64,000 nt of DNA from an uncultured archaeon (GTDB lineage: Archaea; Thermoplasmatota; Penumbrarchaeia; JASLWR01), in the NCBI GenBank assembly GCA_964430885.1, contig CAYSHM010000014.1, forward strand, positions 1 to 64,000, written 5' to 3'. Position 1 is the first letter of the stretch, and each line of letters starts with the position of its first letter. The notes beneath the pieces are model-generated. The model had not been told where the DNA came from. It saw nothing but the letters and a program-made list of their open reading frames with translations, and made no database searches. This document shows, one piece after another, positions 12,036 through 22,333 of this stretch. The position numbers and the translations under genes were made by a program.

Positions 12036-12335
12036 ATGGGAAAAGAATTCAAAGGTAGTTGGGTAATATTTGTGATATTGGTCATTTGCTTTTGGCCTGC
12101 AGCGATAATCTATTTCTTTGTGAACTATGAGAAAAAATCAAAGAAGAAGGATAAGGTGTATCAACAGCCATCAGCTCCACCACCTCAGACATCAACATCA
12201 TCTCCACCGCCGTCAAATACCAATGTGAAGACATGCCTGTCCTGCGGTCAATTGGTAGATGTCCGTTATCAGATCTGTCCATATTGCAAACTATCCACCA
12301 CTGGGTCTTCCGGTGAGGAACAGCTCAGTTACTGA
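12036..12335 (+). CDS. Small membrane protein with C-terminal zinc ribbon
   Basis: N-terminal hydrophobic segment, Pro/Ser linker, CLSCG...CPYC. Confidence 0.75.
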   Translation: MGKEFKGSWVIFVILVICFWPAAIIYFFVNYEKKSKKKDKVYQQPSAPPPQTSTSSPPPSNTNVKTCLSCGQLVDVRYQICPYCKLSTTGSSGEEQLSY

Positions 12336-12511
12336 GCGAACTGGAATTTCTCTTTCGGAACCTCCGGCTCTGGATTATCAGGGAATATTCTACTCCCGAA
12401 AAATAAATCATTTTTTCAATGAATATTTCAATTTTGGTATTCTTTGAGGCATTATCTCCAAAACAATTTTATCACTATGCTCCGTTTACTACCCCCAAGG
12501 AGGAATGACCT

Positions 12512-13873
12512 TTGAATTTCATACCAAATTATCACAAATCAGATGAAATGCTCAAGGAAATGGATCTGGAATCCATCGATGAACTGTTTTCGGAAATTCC
12601 TGAAGAGATCAGGATAAATGGTTTGGAACTTGATCAAGGCAAGAACGAGATCGAGATCAACAGGATCATGAAAGAGATCGGAGCAAAGAACATATCACTT
12701 GATGAAATAGTATCACTGCTTGGAGCGGGAGTTTATCACCACTATACCCCGGTCATTGTGGACTATCTATCTTCCCGAAGTGAATTTTTAACAAGCTATA
12801 CTCCCTATCAGGGGGAGATCAGCCAGGGTATGCTTCAAGGTCTTTTCGAATATCAGTCCTACATCGCGGAATTGACTGGAATGGACGTATCCAATTCATC
12901 ACAGTACGATTGGGCTACAGCAATAGGCGAAGCTGCGCTCATGTGCAAAAGGACCAATAGAAGAAACAAATTCCTTGTGGCATCGCCCCTGCCTAAAAAG
13001 AAAATCTCAGTAATTGAGAACTATACCAAGTATCAAGGTATGAATCTAGAATTGATCCCCCCCGAGGAAAAAAGCGGAAAAATGGATCTGGAGAAGGTAA
13101 AAGAACACATTGATGATGATACTGCTGGTGTTTATGTTGAACTCCCCAATTTCTTCGGGATCCTTGAAGATGATATCAAAGAACTGAGAGATTTTCTGGG
13201 TAGCAGGAGACGAAGACCGCTGTTGGTAATTGGCTATAACTTGATAATCTCACCCCTTATGAAAACTCCAGGCCAGCTTGGTGGAGATATTGCAGTAGGA
13301 GATGTGAACCTTGGAAATCCTCCTTCATTCGGAGGGCCTTCCGCAGGTTATCTTTCCTGCAAAAAGGAGTTTGTAAGAAAACTGCCTGGACGTCTTATCG
13401 GATATACCAAGGATTCCAAGGGGGAGGATGCCTTTGTAATGACCCTCCAGACAAGAGAGCAGCATATCAAAAGAAACAGGGCGACCTCAAACATCTGTTC
13501 CAATCAGGCTCTATGTGCTTTGAGATTCGCCATGACCTTGGCAAGCCTGGGCCCCAAGGGGCTTAGAAGATTGGCCGAGGTAAATATTGATAGGAGCCAC
13601 AAGCTGAAAGAGGTATTGGAGAAATTCAGTTCTGTGAGCATCCGTTTCAGCGGTGGATTCTTCAATGAGTTCGTAGTCAGTCTAGACTTGAAAGATGGAC
13701 AGAATAGAGATATTTACGAAGAGCTAAAGAAAGAAGGTATACTTTTCGGTTATCCCCTTGAGAAGGATTTCCCGAAAATGAAGAGATCATATCTTCTTTG
13801 CGCCACTGAGATGACCGATGATGGTGCTATTGAAAAAATTGTTACCGCATTCAGTGAACTGGGGGTGAAGTAA
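12512..13873 (+). CDS. gcvPA: Glycine dehydrogenase (decarboxylating) subunit 1
   Basis: LGAGVY, SYTPYQGEISQG.LQ..FEYQ, LQTREQHIKR..ATSNICSNQ. Confidence 0.95.
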   Translation: MNFIPNYHKSDEMLKEMDLESIDELFSEIPEEIRINGLELDQGKNEIEINRIMKEIGAKNISLDEIVSLLGAGVYHHYTPVIVDYLSSRSEFLTSYTPYQGEISQGMLQGLFEYQSYIAELTGMDVSNSSQYDWATAIGEAALMCKRTNRRNKFLVASPLPKKKISVIENYTKYQGMNLELIPPEEKSGKMDLEKVKEHIDDDTAGVYVELPNFFGILEDDIKELRDFLGSRRRRPLLVIGYNLIISPLMKTPGQLGGDIAVGDVNLGNPPSFGGPSAGYLSCKKEFVRKLPGRLIGYTKDSKGEDAFVMTLQTREQHIKRNRATSNICSNQALCALRFAMTLASLGPKGLRRLAEVNIDRSHKLKEVLEKFSSVSIRFSGGFFNEFVVSLDLKDGQNRDIYEELKKEGILFGYPLEKDFPKMKRSYLLCATEMTDDGAIEKIVTAFSELGVK

Positions 13874-15376
13874 ATGAAGTTCAGGCAAGCCAAATATCAG
13901 GAGCCGGTAATATTTGAGCTGGGGAGCAGAGAAAGGACTGCCCTAGACGTTTCAGCTGCTTGCGATCTTTTGGGAGATGTCTGCGACCACATACCTGAAA
14001 AACTGATCAGCTCTAGGGAGCCTGAAATCCCGGGTCTTACCGAGGTTGAGGTTGCCAGGCATTACACCAGACTATCCCAGATGAACTGGGGGGTTGACAG
14101 CGGAATATATCCATTGGGTTCATGTACCATGAAGTACAATCCGAAGATCAACGAGAAATGGGCCGGATATGACAAGTTCACACTTACTCACCCGGAGCAG
14201 CCAGATGATATGGTTCAGGGAAATCTTGCTATCATCTATGAATTGGAAAAAATGCTCCAGGTAATAGGTGGCGTGGATGCTATCACACTTCAGCCCGAGG
14301 CGGGAGCTCATGGGGAGTTCACAGGACTTTTGATAGCAAGAGCCTATCATGAGGAAAAAGGTGAGATAAGGGACGAGATAATACTTCCTGACACTGCCCA
14401 CGGTACAAATCCCGCAAGCGCGGCAATGGCCGGTTTCAAGGTCATAGAGATACCCTCCAGGGATGACGGATGCGTGGACATTGATGCGCTCAAAAGCGCA
14501 TTGTCCAAAAAGACCTGCGCCTTCATGCTGACCAATCCTAACACATTGGGGATTTTTGAGAAAGATGCGGTTGAGATCGCAAAAACAGTTCATAAGAGCG
14601 GCGCGCTTCTCTATTATGACGGTGCAAATCTGAACGCCATCATGGGAAAGACCACCCCTGGTTTTATGGGATTCGATATCGTCCACTTCAACTTGCACAA
14701 GACCTTTGCCACACCTCACGGCGGCGGCGGTCCCGGAGCCGGACCCATAGGTGTCAAGAAACATCTTGAGAAATTCCTTCCGGTACCGAGGGTAAAAGCT
14801 GTCAAGGAGAATGGAAAGATAGTGAGATATTACTTGGATAAGGAGAATGAGATATCCATCGGAAAGGTCGCCGGGGAGTTGGGAAATTTCGGGGTGCTGA
14901 TTAAGGCATATATGTACATCAGGATGATGGGGGCTGAGGGACTTGAAACAGTATCTGAATACGCGGTCCTTAACTCCAATTATCTTCGGTGCAAGCTTGA
15001 GAAATTATATCCCTTACCCTTCCCGGGACTTAGGAAACACGAGTTCGTTTTGAAGGGGGACAACATGAAAGAGAAGGGAGTCAAGACGACTGATATTGCC
15101 AAAGCGCTTCTTGATCAAGGACTTCATGCTCCCACCATTTACTTCCCGCAGATATTCCATGAAGCAATAATGGTGGAACCGACTGAGACCGAGAGCTTGG
15201 AGGAACTTCAGAGGTTCTATGGTGTAATGAAAGACATAATTGATATGCCCGGTGAGGAATTAAGGGCCGCTCCAGTAAACACAACCGTGGGAAGACTTGA
15301 CGAGACATTTGCTGTTAAGAACATGATCTTTACCTACAAGGACTTGAAGCAATATCGAATGAAACAATCAGAGTAA
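13874..15376 (+). CDS. gcvPB: Glycine dehydrogenase (decarboxylating) subunit 2
   Basis: YPLGSCTMKYNP, AHGTNPASA, NLHKTFATPHGGGGPG (PLP Lys), EPTETES. Confidence 0.95.
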   Translation: MKFRQAKYQEPVIFELGSRERTALDVSAACDLLGDVCDHIPEKLISSREPEIPGLTEVEVARHYTRLSQMNWGVDSGIYPLGSCTMKYNPKINEKWAGYDKFTLTHPEQPDDMVQGNLAIIYELEKMLQVIGGVDAITLQPEAGAHGEFTGLLIARAYHEEKGEIRDEIILPDTAHGTNPASAAMAGFKVIEIPSRDDGCVDIDALKSALSKKTCAFMLTNPNTLGIFEKDAVEIAKTVHKSGALLYYDGANLNAIMGKTTPGFMGFDIVHFNLHKTFATPHGGGGPGAGPIGVKKHLEKFLPVPRVKAVKENGKIVRYYLDKENEISIGKVAGELGNFGVLIKAYMYIRMMGAEGLETVSEYAVLNSNYLRCKLEKLYPLPFPGLRKHEFVLKGDNMKEKGVKTTDIAKALLDQGLHAPTIYFPQIFHEAIMVEPTETESLEELQRFYGVMKDIIDMPGEELRAAPVNTTVGRLDETFAVKNMIFTYKDLKQYRMKQSE

Positions 15377-15412
15377 TATTCCCTCATATTTTTTAGTATC
15401 AGAAGGAGGTAA

Positions 15413-16390
15413 ATGCACTTGTATGTAATGGGGATAGAAGGAACCGCCCATACATTGGGTATAGGCGTTGTTGATGCGGAAGGTTCGGTCCTTTCCAACA
15501 TCAGGGAGATGTTCACTCCTGAATCCGGCGGGATCCACCCCAGAGAGGCGGCCAACCATCACCTGAATATTCTTCCATCAGCAATTAATCGGTCACTTGA
15601 TGAAGCTGGGATAACTCAGAATGAGCTGGGTCTCATTGCTTTTTCCCAAGGACCAGGTTTGGGACCTTGTCTTCGGACCGCCGCTACAGCTGCCAGAACT
15701 CTATCCCTATTCCTGGACATTCCAATGGTTGGGGTAAACCATTGCGTTGCCCATCTGGAAGTGGGACGGACAGTGGGCACATCGGATCCTATACTTCTCT
15801 ATACCTCAGGAGCAAATACACAGGTAATAGCAAAGGTTAACGGCAGATACAGGGTTTTCGGTGAGACCCAGGATATCGGTGTGGGCAATATGCTTGACAA
15901 GTTCGGGAGAGAACTAGGTATGCCTTTCCCAGCAGGTCCGAGAATTGAGGTCATAGCAAGAAAAAGCAACAGTTATGAAGACCTACCCTATTCAGTGAAA
16001 GGTATGGATATTGCATTTTCAGGTGTGCTCACTGCAGCATTGGCCAAACGTGATAAAGTACCCATTGAAACACTGTGCAATTCACTTCAGGAAACGGTTT
16101 TTGCTATGCTTACCGAGGTCACAGAAAGGGCAATAGCTCATACGGAAAAGAATGAAGTGATGCTGGGCGGAGGCGTGGCCATGAATAGAAGACTTCAGGA
16201 AATGGTAAGGACAATGGCTAGGGAAAGAGGTGCTGAATTTTTCCTGCCGGCCCCGGGCCTGCTTGTTGACAACGGAGCCATGATCGCTTATACTGGATTG
16301 AAAATGTACAGGGGCGGAGTCACCACGGCCATAGAAGAATCTGGAGTGAACCAGAATTTCAGAACCGATGATGTTGAAGTGATCTGGTGA
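15413..16390 (+). CDS. kae1: tRNA N6-threonylcarbamoyladenosine synthase Kae1 (KEOPS)
   Basis: GIEGTAH, GGIHPREAA, GPGLGPCL, VNHCVAHLE, SGANTQ, DNGAMIA; no Bud32 fusion. Confidence 0.93.
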   Translation: MHLYVMGIEGTAHTLGIGVVDAEGSVLSNIREMFTPESGGIHPREAANHHLNILPSAINRSLDEAGITQNELGLIAFSQGPGLGPCLRTAATAARTLSLFLDIPMVGVNHCVAHLEVGRTVGTSDPILLYTSGANTQVIAKVNGRYRVFGETQDIGVGNMLDKFGRELGMPFPAGPRIEVIARKSNSYEDLPYSVKGMDIAFSGVLTAALAKRDKVPIETLCNSLQETVFAMLTEVTERAIAHTEKNEVMLGGGVAMNRRLQEMVRTMARERGAEFFLPAPGLLVDNGAMIAYTGLKMYRGGVTTAIEESGVNQNFRTDDVEVIW

Positions 16391-16562
16391 TCCACATTTC
16401 GATGTAAATATAATTGGGCATGGACCTAGGTCGGGATGTATTTTTTTTTTCATATCAATAAAAACATGAACACCTTTAAGGTGGGTCATTGATTTTGGGA
16501 ATAATAATTCATGATCTACTATAAAATCAACTAAAACCACGAATAAAAAACGAGGGAAAAAC

Positions 16563-17138
16563 ATGATAGAGATACGATTCCACGGAAGGGGTGGTCAGGG
16601 TGCAGTGGTTGCCTCTACCCTTTTGGCCGAAGCAGCTTTCAGGGAAGGAAACGACGTTCAGGCCTATCCATATTTCGGGGTTGAACGCCGGGGTGCTCCT
16701 GTGACCGCCTTCACAAAGATTGACTCCCGACCGATCAGGGTAAAATCCCAGATTTACGAACCTGATCATGTAATAGTTTTGGCAGCTTCTCTTATAGGAC
16801 CGATTGAAGTTACATCGGGTCTGAAAGAGGGGGGAACTGTCCTTGTAAATACAGGTAAGAGCATAGCCTATATCAGGGATAAACTGCCGGATGACTGCCG
16901 CTGTGGCGTTGCAGTTGTTGACGCAACTGAAATATCTCTCAAATACGGTTTGGGATCAAAGGAATCGCCTATTGTAAATACTGCTATTCTTGGTGCATTT
17001 TCAAAGGCTACAGGCATAGTCAAGATCGAATCGGTTCTGAAAGCCATTGAGGAGAAGGTCCCGGCTAAGGTCGAGGCTAACAAGAAAGCAGCCTTTGAGG
17101 CTTATGAATCCACGAAAACAGATGGAGAGGTGAATTAG
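16563..17138 (+). CDS. porG: Pyruvate/2-oxoacid:ferredoxin oxidoreductase gamma subunit
   Basis: [31 protein letters not shown]. Confidence 0.9.
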
Positions 17139-17139
17139 A

Positions 17140-17415
17140 ATGGGCGAGAATATGGATAAGCTTTACAAGGTTCCCATGACATGGGAATCCTCAAGGAACG
17201 CAAAGACCGGCAGCTGGAGAAGTTCTCGACCGATTATAGATATCGATAACTGTATCAAATGCTACATCTGCTGGAAGTTCTGTCCTGACATGGCAATAAT
17301 CCTGGTAGAAGGGGAATATCCTAGAATAAACTATGATTACTGCAAAGGATGCGGAATTTGCGCCAATCAATGCCCCAAGAAGTGTATCGAAATGGAAAGG
17401 GAGGCGAAAAAATGA
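17140..17415 (+). CDS. porD: Pyruvate/2-oxoacid:ferredoxin oxidoreductase delta subunit (2x[4Fe-4S])
   Basis: KTGSWR..RP, CIKCYICWKFCP, YCKGCGICANQCP. Confidence 0.9.
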   Translation: MGENMDKLYKVPMTWESSRNAKTGSWRSSRPIIDIDNCIKCYICWKFCPDMAIILVEGEYPRINYDYCKGCGICANQCPKKCIEMEREAKK

Positions 17416-18623
17416 AGACCATGATAACTGGTAACTATGCATCAAGCTACGGTGCTAAACTTGCACGGGCGGAGGTTATTGCGGCCTATCCTATTACTCC
17501 TCAGACCAGCGTCGTGGAGAAACTAGCTGAATTTGTTTCAAACGGCGAACTGGATTGTAAATTTATCAAGGTTGAGAGCGAACATAGTGCCATGTCCGCC
17601 TGCATTTCTGCAGCAAACACAGGCGCTAGGACCTTCACGGCTACATCCGCTCATGGATTGGCCCTCATGCATGAGATGCTTATGTGGGCCGCCGGCGCTA
17701 GGCTGCCGGTAGTCATGACGAACGTCAACAGAGCCATGGCGCCACCTTGGAGCGTATGGGCGGACCATCAGGACAGTATAGCCCAGAGAGATACGGGATG
17801 GATGCAGTTCTACTGTGAAAACAATCAGGAAGTATTAGATACCGTTATACAGGCTTACAAGATCTGTGAAGACCCAAAGGTTATGCTTCCTGCTATGATG
17901 TGCCTTGACGCTTTTTTCCTATCCCATACCTATGAGACTGTGGACATCCCTACACAAGAGAAGGTAGATGAATTCCTGCCCCCATTCGAACTAGAATACA
18001 AGCTGGACGTGGACGATCCGCATATGTTTGGGACCATTTGCTTCCCCCATCAGTGGTTTATGGAATGGCGCTATAAGATGGCGGAGGATCTGGAGTATGC
18101 AAAGAAAAAGATCAAGGAAGTGGACCAAGAGTTTCAAGAGAAATTCGGACGATCCTACGGCGGACTTATCGAAGAATACCGCACTGAAAACGCAGATGTT
18201 GTAATGGTTGCAGCCGGAACGAACGTCTCAACAGCCAGGGAAGTCGTGGATCAGATGAGAGATGAGGGCTACAATGTCGGACTTGTGAAAATGAGGGTGT
18301 TCAGACCCTTCCCTCATGAAGAGATACAGGATATTGCCAAAAGGATTAAAATGATAGCCGTTACAGATAGGACATACACCTATGGATATGGAGGGCCTTT
18401 CTTCGCAGAGGTAAAGGGTTCCGCCTATGGCATTGACAAACCGCCGATTATAAAGAACTATTTATTGGGTGTCGGCGGAAGAGATGTCAGACCGGTTACT
18501 GTGCGGGCAGTTTTCATGGATGCGCTTAGAGTTCTTGAGGAAGGAAAGGTCGACAAGGATGTGGAATGGGTGGAACTCAAGGATGGACGGGACACCATCA
18601 TCTCTACTGGAGGTGATGAATAA
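17412..18623 (+). CDS. porA: Pyruvate/2-oxoacid:ferredoxin oxidoreductase alpha subunit
   Basis: AYPITPQT, VESEHSA, TFTATS; start moved to ATG 17412 (ATGA overlap with porD). Confidence 0.9.
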   Translation: MKTMITGNYASSYGAKLARAEVIAAYPITPQTSVVEKLAEFVSNGELDCKFIKVESEHSAMSACISAANTGARTFTATSAHGLALMHEMLMWAAGARLPVVMTNVNRAMAPPWSVWADHQDSIAQRDTGWMQFYCENNQEVLDTVIQAYKICEDPKVMLPAMMCLDAFFLSHTYETVDIPTQEKVDEFLPPFELEYKLDVDDPHMFGTICFPHQWFMEWRYKMAEDLEYAKKKIKEVDQEFQEKFGRSYGGLIEEYRTENADVVMVAAGTNVSTAREVVDQMRDEGYNVGLVKMRVFRPFPHEEIQDIAKRIKMIAVTDRTYTYGYGGPFFAEVKGSAYGIDKPPIIKNYLLGVGGRDVRPVTVRAVFMDALRVLEEGKVDKDVEWVELKDGRDTIISTGGDE

Positions 18624-19534
18624 TGGCAAGACTTACAATACCAAAAGAAGAATTATTTGAATCCGGGCATATGGGATGTCAAGGATGCGGCGGTGCCTAT
18701 GCCATGAGATTGTTATTGAAGGCACTCGGGCCAAGGACCATTGTCAGTATTCCGGCCTGCTGCTGGGCCATTATGAGCGGTGCATATCCCAATCAATGTC
18801 TAAAAGTTCCAAATCTCAATACTGCCTTTGAGGTAACCGGAGCGTCGATATCCGGAATCAGGGCTGCACTTGATATCAAAGGAAAAAAGGATATCAATGT
18901 TGTTGGTTTCGCCGGAGACGGCGGAACATTCGATATAGGTATCCAAGCCCTTTCCGGAGCTGTTGAGAGGAGAGAAAATGTGTTCTATGTTTGTTATGAT
19001 AACGAGGCTTATATGAACACAGGTATACAGCGTTCTTCATCCACACCGGTTGGCGCATGGACAACCACTACTCCCGTGGGAAAGAACCATGAATGGAAAC
19101 AGACCCCAAAGAAGAACATGATAGATATCATGGTAGCACATAAGATCCCTTATACCGCGGTCTGCAACGTTTCATATCCCGAAGACCTGATCAAAAAGGT
19201 CAAGAAAGGTTTGGATATAGAAGGTCCAAAATACTACCAGATCTATGCCCCCTGCCCAACAGGATGGAAATCCCAACCGAGCAAATCCATCGAACTAGGA
19301 AAACTGGCAGTTGACACCTGCATCTATCCCATATATGAGGTGGAGATGGGAAAATATAAGATAAGCCGAAAGCCTAAGAACAAGAAACCGGTGAAGGATT
19401 ATCTGAAGCACCAGGGAAGGTTCAGGCATCTTACGGAGGATATGGTTGAAAGGATCCAGAAACAGGTGGACGGTGACTGGATGAGATTGCTTAATAAGGA
19501 AGAACACTGTATAGGTTATGAGTACGACGAATGA
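18623..19534 (+). CDS. porB: Pyruvate/2-oxoacid:ferredoxin oxidoreductase beta subunit
   Basis: GH.GCQGCG, GDGGTFDIG (TPP), YDNEAYMNTGIQRS, PCPTGW. Confidence 0.9.
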   Translation: MARLTIPKEELFESGHMGCQGCGGAYAMRLLLKALGPRTIVSIPACCWAIMSGAYPNQCLKVPNLNTAFEVTGASISGIRAALDIKGKKDINVVGFAGDGGTFDIGIQALSGAVERRENVFYVCYDNEAYMNTGIQRSSSTPVGAWTTTTPVGKNHEWKQTPKKNMIDIMVAHKIPYTAVCNVSYPEDLIKKVKKGLDIEGPKYYQIYAPCPTGWKSQPSKSIELGKLAVDTCIYPIYEVEMGKYKISRKPKNKKPVKDYLKHQGRFRHLTEDMVERIQKQVDGDWMRLLNKEEHCIGYEYDE

Positions 19535-19594
19535 TATTAATTGCTACTAAGGGTGATTTGCCCTTCACTGATGATAGTATGCAAAGGATGAATA

Positions 19595-20797
19595 TCAAAT
19601 ATATTCCATTCTGATGCATCCCACCGGACAAACTGTCCTGCACAATCTGCAGCCTACACATTTTTCCTTGTCAACAGCAACACGTCTACTATCTAAATCG
19701 AATTCTATCGCCTGATGACCTCCATCCCGGCAGGCAAGGTAGCACTGTCCGCACCCTACGCATTTCTCCTCATCGATCCTGGCTCTAATATCCGGACTTC
19801 TGGTAAGATCATCATGGCCCCCAATATACGGCAAGGACTTTCCAATAATGTCCATGGGTGAATCGAAACCATGGCTCTCCAAATAATTGGACAATCCAAC
19901 CTTGAGATCGTCAATGATCCTGAAACCGTGATGCATAACTGCTGTGCAAATCTGCACATTGGTAGCCCCGACGAGCATCAGTTCCACCGCATCATGCCAG
20001 TTAGTGACGCCTCCGGTCCCCGTTATGGGAATATCCACGTTATTTTTGATCTCTGCAATTGTTCTAAGGGTGATGGGTTTTATTAAAGATCCAGACAGCC
20101 CGCTGTAAGTGGATTTCCCCCTTACATTGGGATATGGGACCAATGTTTCCAGGTCAATTCCCATCAAAGAAGGGATGGTGTTTGAAGCGCACACGGCATC
20201 AGCCCCTCCTCTTTTAATGTGCTCGGCTATCTCAGATATGAAAGCTACCTGGGGAGTGATCTTGATCACCACTGGTACATCACCAGCAGCTTCCTTAACC
20301 CATCCGGCTACCTTCTCAGAGGCCTCTCCGTCCTGACCCAACATCGCGCCGGGTCTCTGGCCCATGGATCCCTGCGGGCATGAGAATGAGCATTCTATCA
20401 TATCAACACCCGCAGCTGCAAGCCTGCTGGCCAACTCCTGCCAATCCTCCTTCTTTCCGCCCATCATTGAAGCCATTACAACCTTTTCAGGGAACTCCTC
20501 TTTTAGTATCTTGACCCTTCGTTCAATCTCATCTATACCATAATGGGATATCAGGTCAATATTACCCAATCCTGCGATCCTGCGTTCCCTCATGTCAATG
20601 GAAGACATCATAGGGTATACTAGATCTACGTCAACGCCCTCTACATGGGTTGTCTTCAGCACTGCTCCTGCCCATCCCATCTCAAAGGCCCTTCTGACCA
20701 TATCCAATTCATCGCTTGGAGGGGCTGCAGCAAGAACGAAAGGGTTTTCGAATCTCACACCGCATAATTCTACTGATAGGTCCTTGTATTCATACAT
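19595..20797 (-). CDS. preA: Dihydropyrimidine dehydrogenase-like subunit PreA (FMN, 2x[4Fe-4S])
   Basis: NPFVLAAAPP, GWAGAVLKT, NIDLIS, FSCPQG, KITP, SNT, C-terminal CVGCGQCYLACRDGGHQAI and CVGCRLCRTVCP. Confidence 0.82.
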   Translation of the reverse strand: MYEYKDLSVELCGVRFENPFVLAAAPPSDELDMVRRAFEMGWAGAVLKTTHVEGVDVDLVYPMMSSIDMRERRIAGLGNIDLISHYGIDEIERRVKILKEEFPEKVVMASMMGGKKEDWQELASRLAAAGVDMIECSFSCPQGSMGQRPGAMLGQDGEASEKVAGWVKEAAGDVPVVIKITPQVAFISEIAEHIKRGGADAVCASNTIPSLMGIDLETLVPYPNVRGKSTYSGLSGSLIKPITLRTIAEIKNNVDIPITGTGGVTNWHDAVELMLVGATNVQICTAVMHHGFRIIDDLKVGLSNYLESHGFDSPMDIIGKSLPYIGGHDDLTRSPDIRARIDEEKCVGCGQCYLACRDGGHQAIEFDLDSRRVAVDKEKCVGCRLCRTVCPVGCIRMEYI

Positions 20798-22122
20798 CAG
20801 ACATCACCTCCAAGGAAATTAATTATTCCAAAGGCGGCCCTTTTTCCCTGGGCAACTGCATCTACCACGGTATTACGGTCGTGCAGAATATCCCCACCTG
20901 CGAACACACCTTTTCTGCTAGTCATCATAAACTCGTCCACAATTACACCCCCGCTCTCAGTAACCCGAATGCCGTTTTTCTCATACATTTCAGCATTAGA
21001 TCGGCTGCCGATCGCTACTATTAATTGATTCACGTTCATCTTGTAAACTGCGCTTTCTATAGGGATCGGCCTTTTTCTGCCAGATATGTCCTTGTCAGAT
21101 AATTTCATCTGCTGGCAGGTTGCAATATAATGTCCTTCTGAGACCTTTTCAATCCTGCTGACGGTGGTGAGGAGCTTGAAATTCACCCCCTCATTTATTG
21201 CATGGTCTATCTCCTCCCGCTCTGCAGGCATTTCCTCGAAGGTCCTTCTGTACAATATGTGGGTGTCAGCGCCTTTCCCACATACAGTGCGTGCCACGTC
21301 CAATGCAACATCTCCACCACCTATGACCGCTATCACCTTCCCTTCCAGATCCGGGAGTTTCCCGTTTTTAGCATTCTCCAAGAATTTCATTGCATATATG
21401 ATCCCTCCTCCATTCCCCTCTATTGGAAATCGAATGCTTTGGGTCAATCCTTGGGCTATGAATACACACTCGTAATCATCAAGCAGTTCACCAATATCTT
21501 CAATTTCCGTTCCTACACGAATAACGAAGCCCGCCGATCTCACAAAATCCATTTCCTTCTGGACTATGCTCGCCGGAATCCGGAAATCGGGTATTCCCCA
21601 AACGGGAACTCCACCTATCTTGTCCCGTTTCTCGAACATTGTGCAACCTAATCCTTCCTTCGCCAGTTCATAAGCACAGCCTATTCCAGCAGGACCCGAA
21701 CCAATTATCGCAATCTTTTGGGTGCCTTTTATCTGCAGATCAACATCCTTGACCCAGGTACCCTGCTCAGTCCAGACGGCAAAGCTCTGAAGAGCTGCAA
21801 TGGATACTGGTCGATCTATCTTCTTCCTCGTGCAATCCTTTTCGCACAATTTTTCAACCGGACAAACATTACCGCATATTCCTGCAAGAATATTTGACTC
21901 CTTTATCTTTTGAGCTGCTCCAACAACATCCCCTTCCCGTATCCTGCGAATGAAAGCAGGTATGTCGACCCCTGCCGGGCAACCTTCAGAACAAGGTGGA
22001 AGATAACACTGAAGGCAGCGTGAGGCTTCCTCGAAAGCGCATTCACTGGATAAAAGAGGACGGTCAACTTTATTCTCAACTTTTATTGAGGCTTTTTCAA
22101 TATTCAATCCCTCATCTGACAT
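20797..22122 (-). CDS. preT: GltD-like NAD(P)H-flavoprotein subunit PreT
   Basis: EASRCLQC..PPC..GCP, CGNVCP....CE..C, IIGSGPAG, VIGGGDVA, VFAGGD; translationally coupled to preA. Confidence 0.82.
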   Translation of the reverse strand: MSDEGLNIEKASIKVENKVDRPLLSSECAFEEASRCLQCYLPPCSEGCPAGVDIPAFIRRIREGDVVGAAQKIKESNILAGICGNVCPVEKLCEKDCTRKKIDRPVSIAALQSFAVWTEQGTWVKDVDLQIKGTQKIAIIGSGPAGIGCAYELAKEGLGCTMFEKRDKIGGVPVWGIPDFRIPASIVQKEMDFVRSAGFVIRVGTEIEDIGELLDDYECVFIAQGLTQSIRFPIEGNGGGIIYAMKFLENAKNGKLPDLEGKVIAVIGGGDVALDVARTVCGKGADTHILYRRTFEEMPAEREEIDHAINEGVNFKLLTTVSRIEKVSEGHYIATCQQMKLSDKDISGRKRPIPIESAVYKMNVNQLIVAIGSRSNAEMYEKNGIRVTESGGVIVDEFMMTSRKGVFAGGDILHDRNTVVDAVAQGKRAAFGIINFLGGDV

Positions 22123-22333
22123 TCACATCCACTCCTCTCGATATTCATTGGTTGTATCTGGACCTTTCCACTTATAACCTTTTTTATTCTTTTCTGTATC
22201 ACGGATTTTTATGAACTACTGGATTCATCGGTACAGGCCCTGTCATCATGCTCTCTTAAGCAGTATATTGAATGAAAGCGAATAAGATATATCCAATAAT
22301 AAAATGTAAGATGAAAAAAATCCCATAGCGTGA

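Noticed and set aside
17349-17411. N-terminal extension of porA in the ORF track
   Set aside because: It overlaps porD; ATG 17412 with an ATGA overlap and GGAGG RBS is the better start
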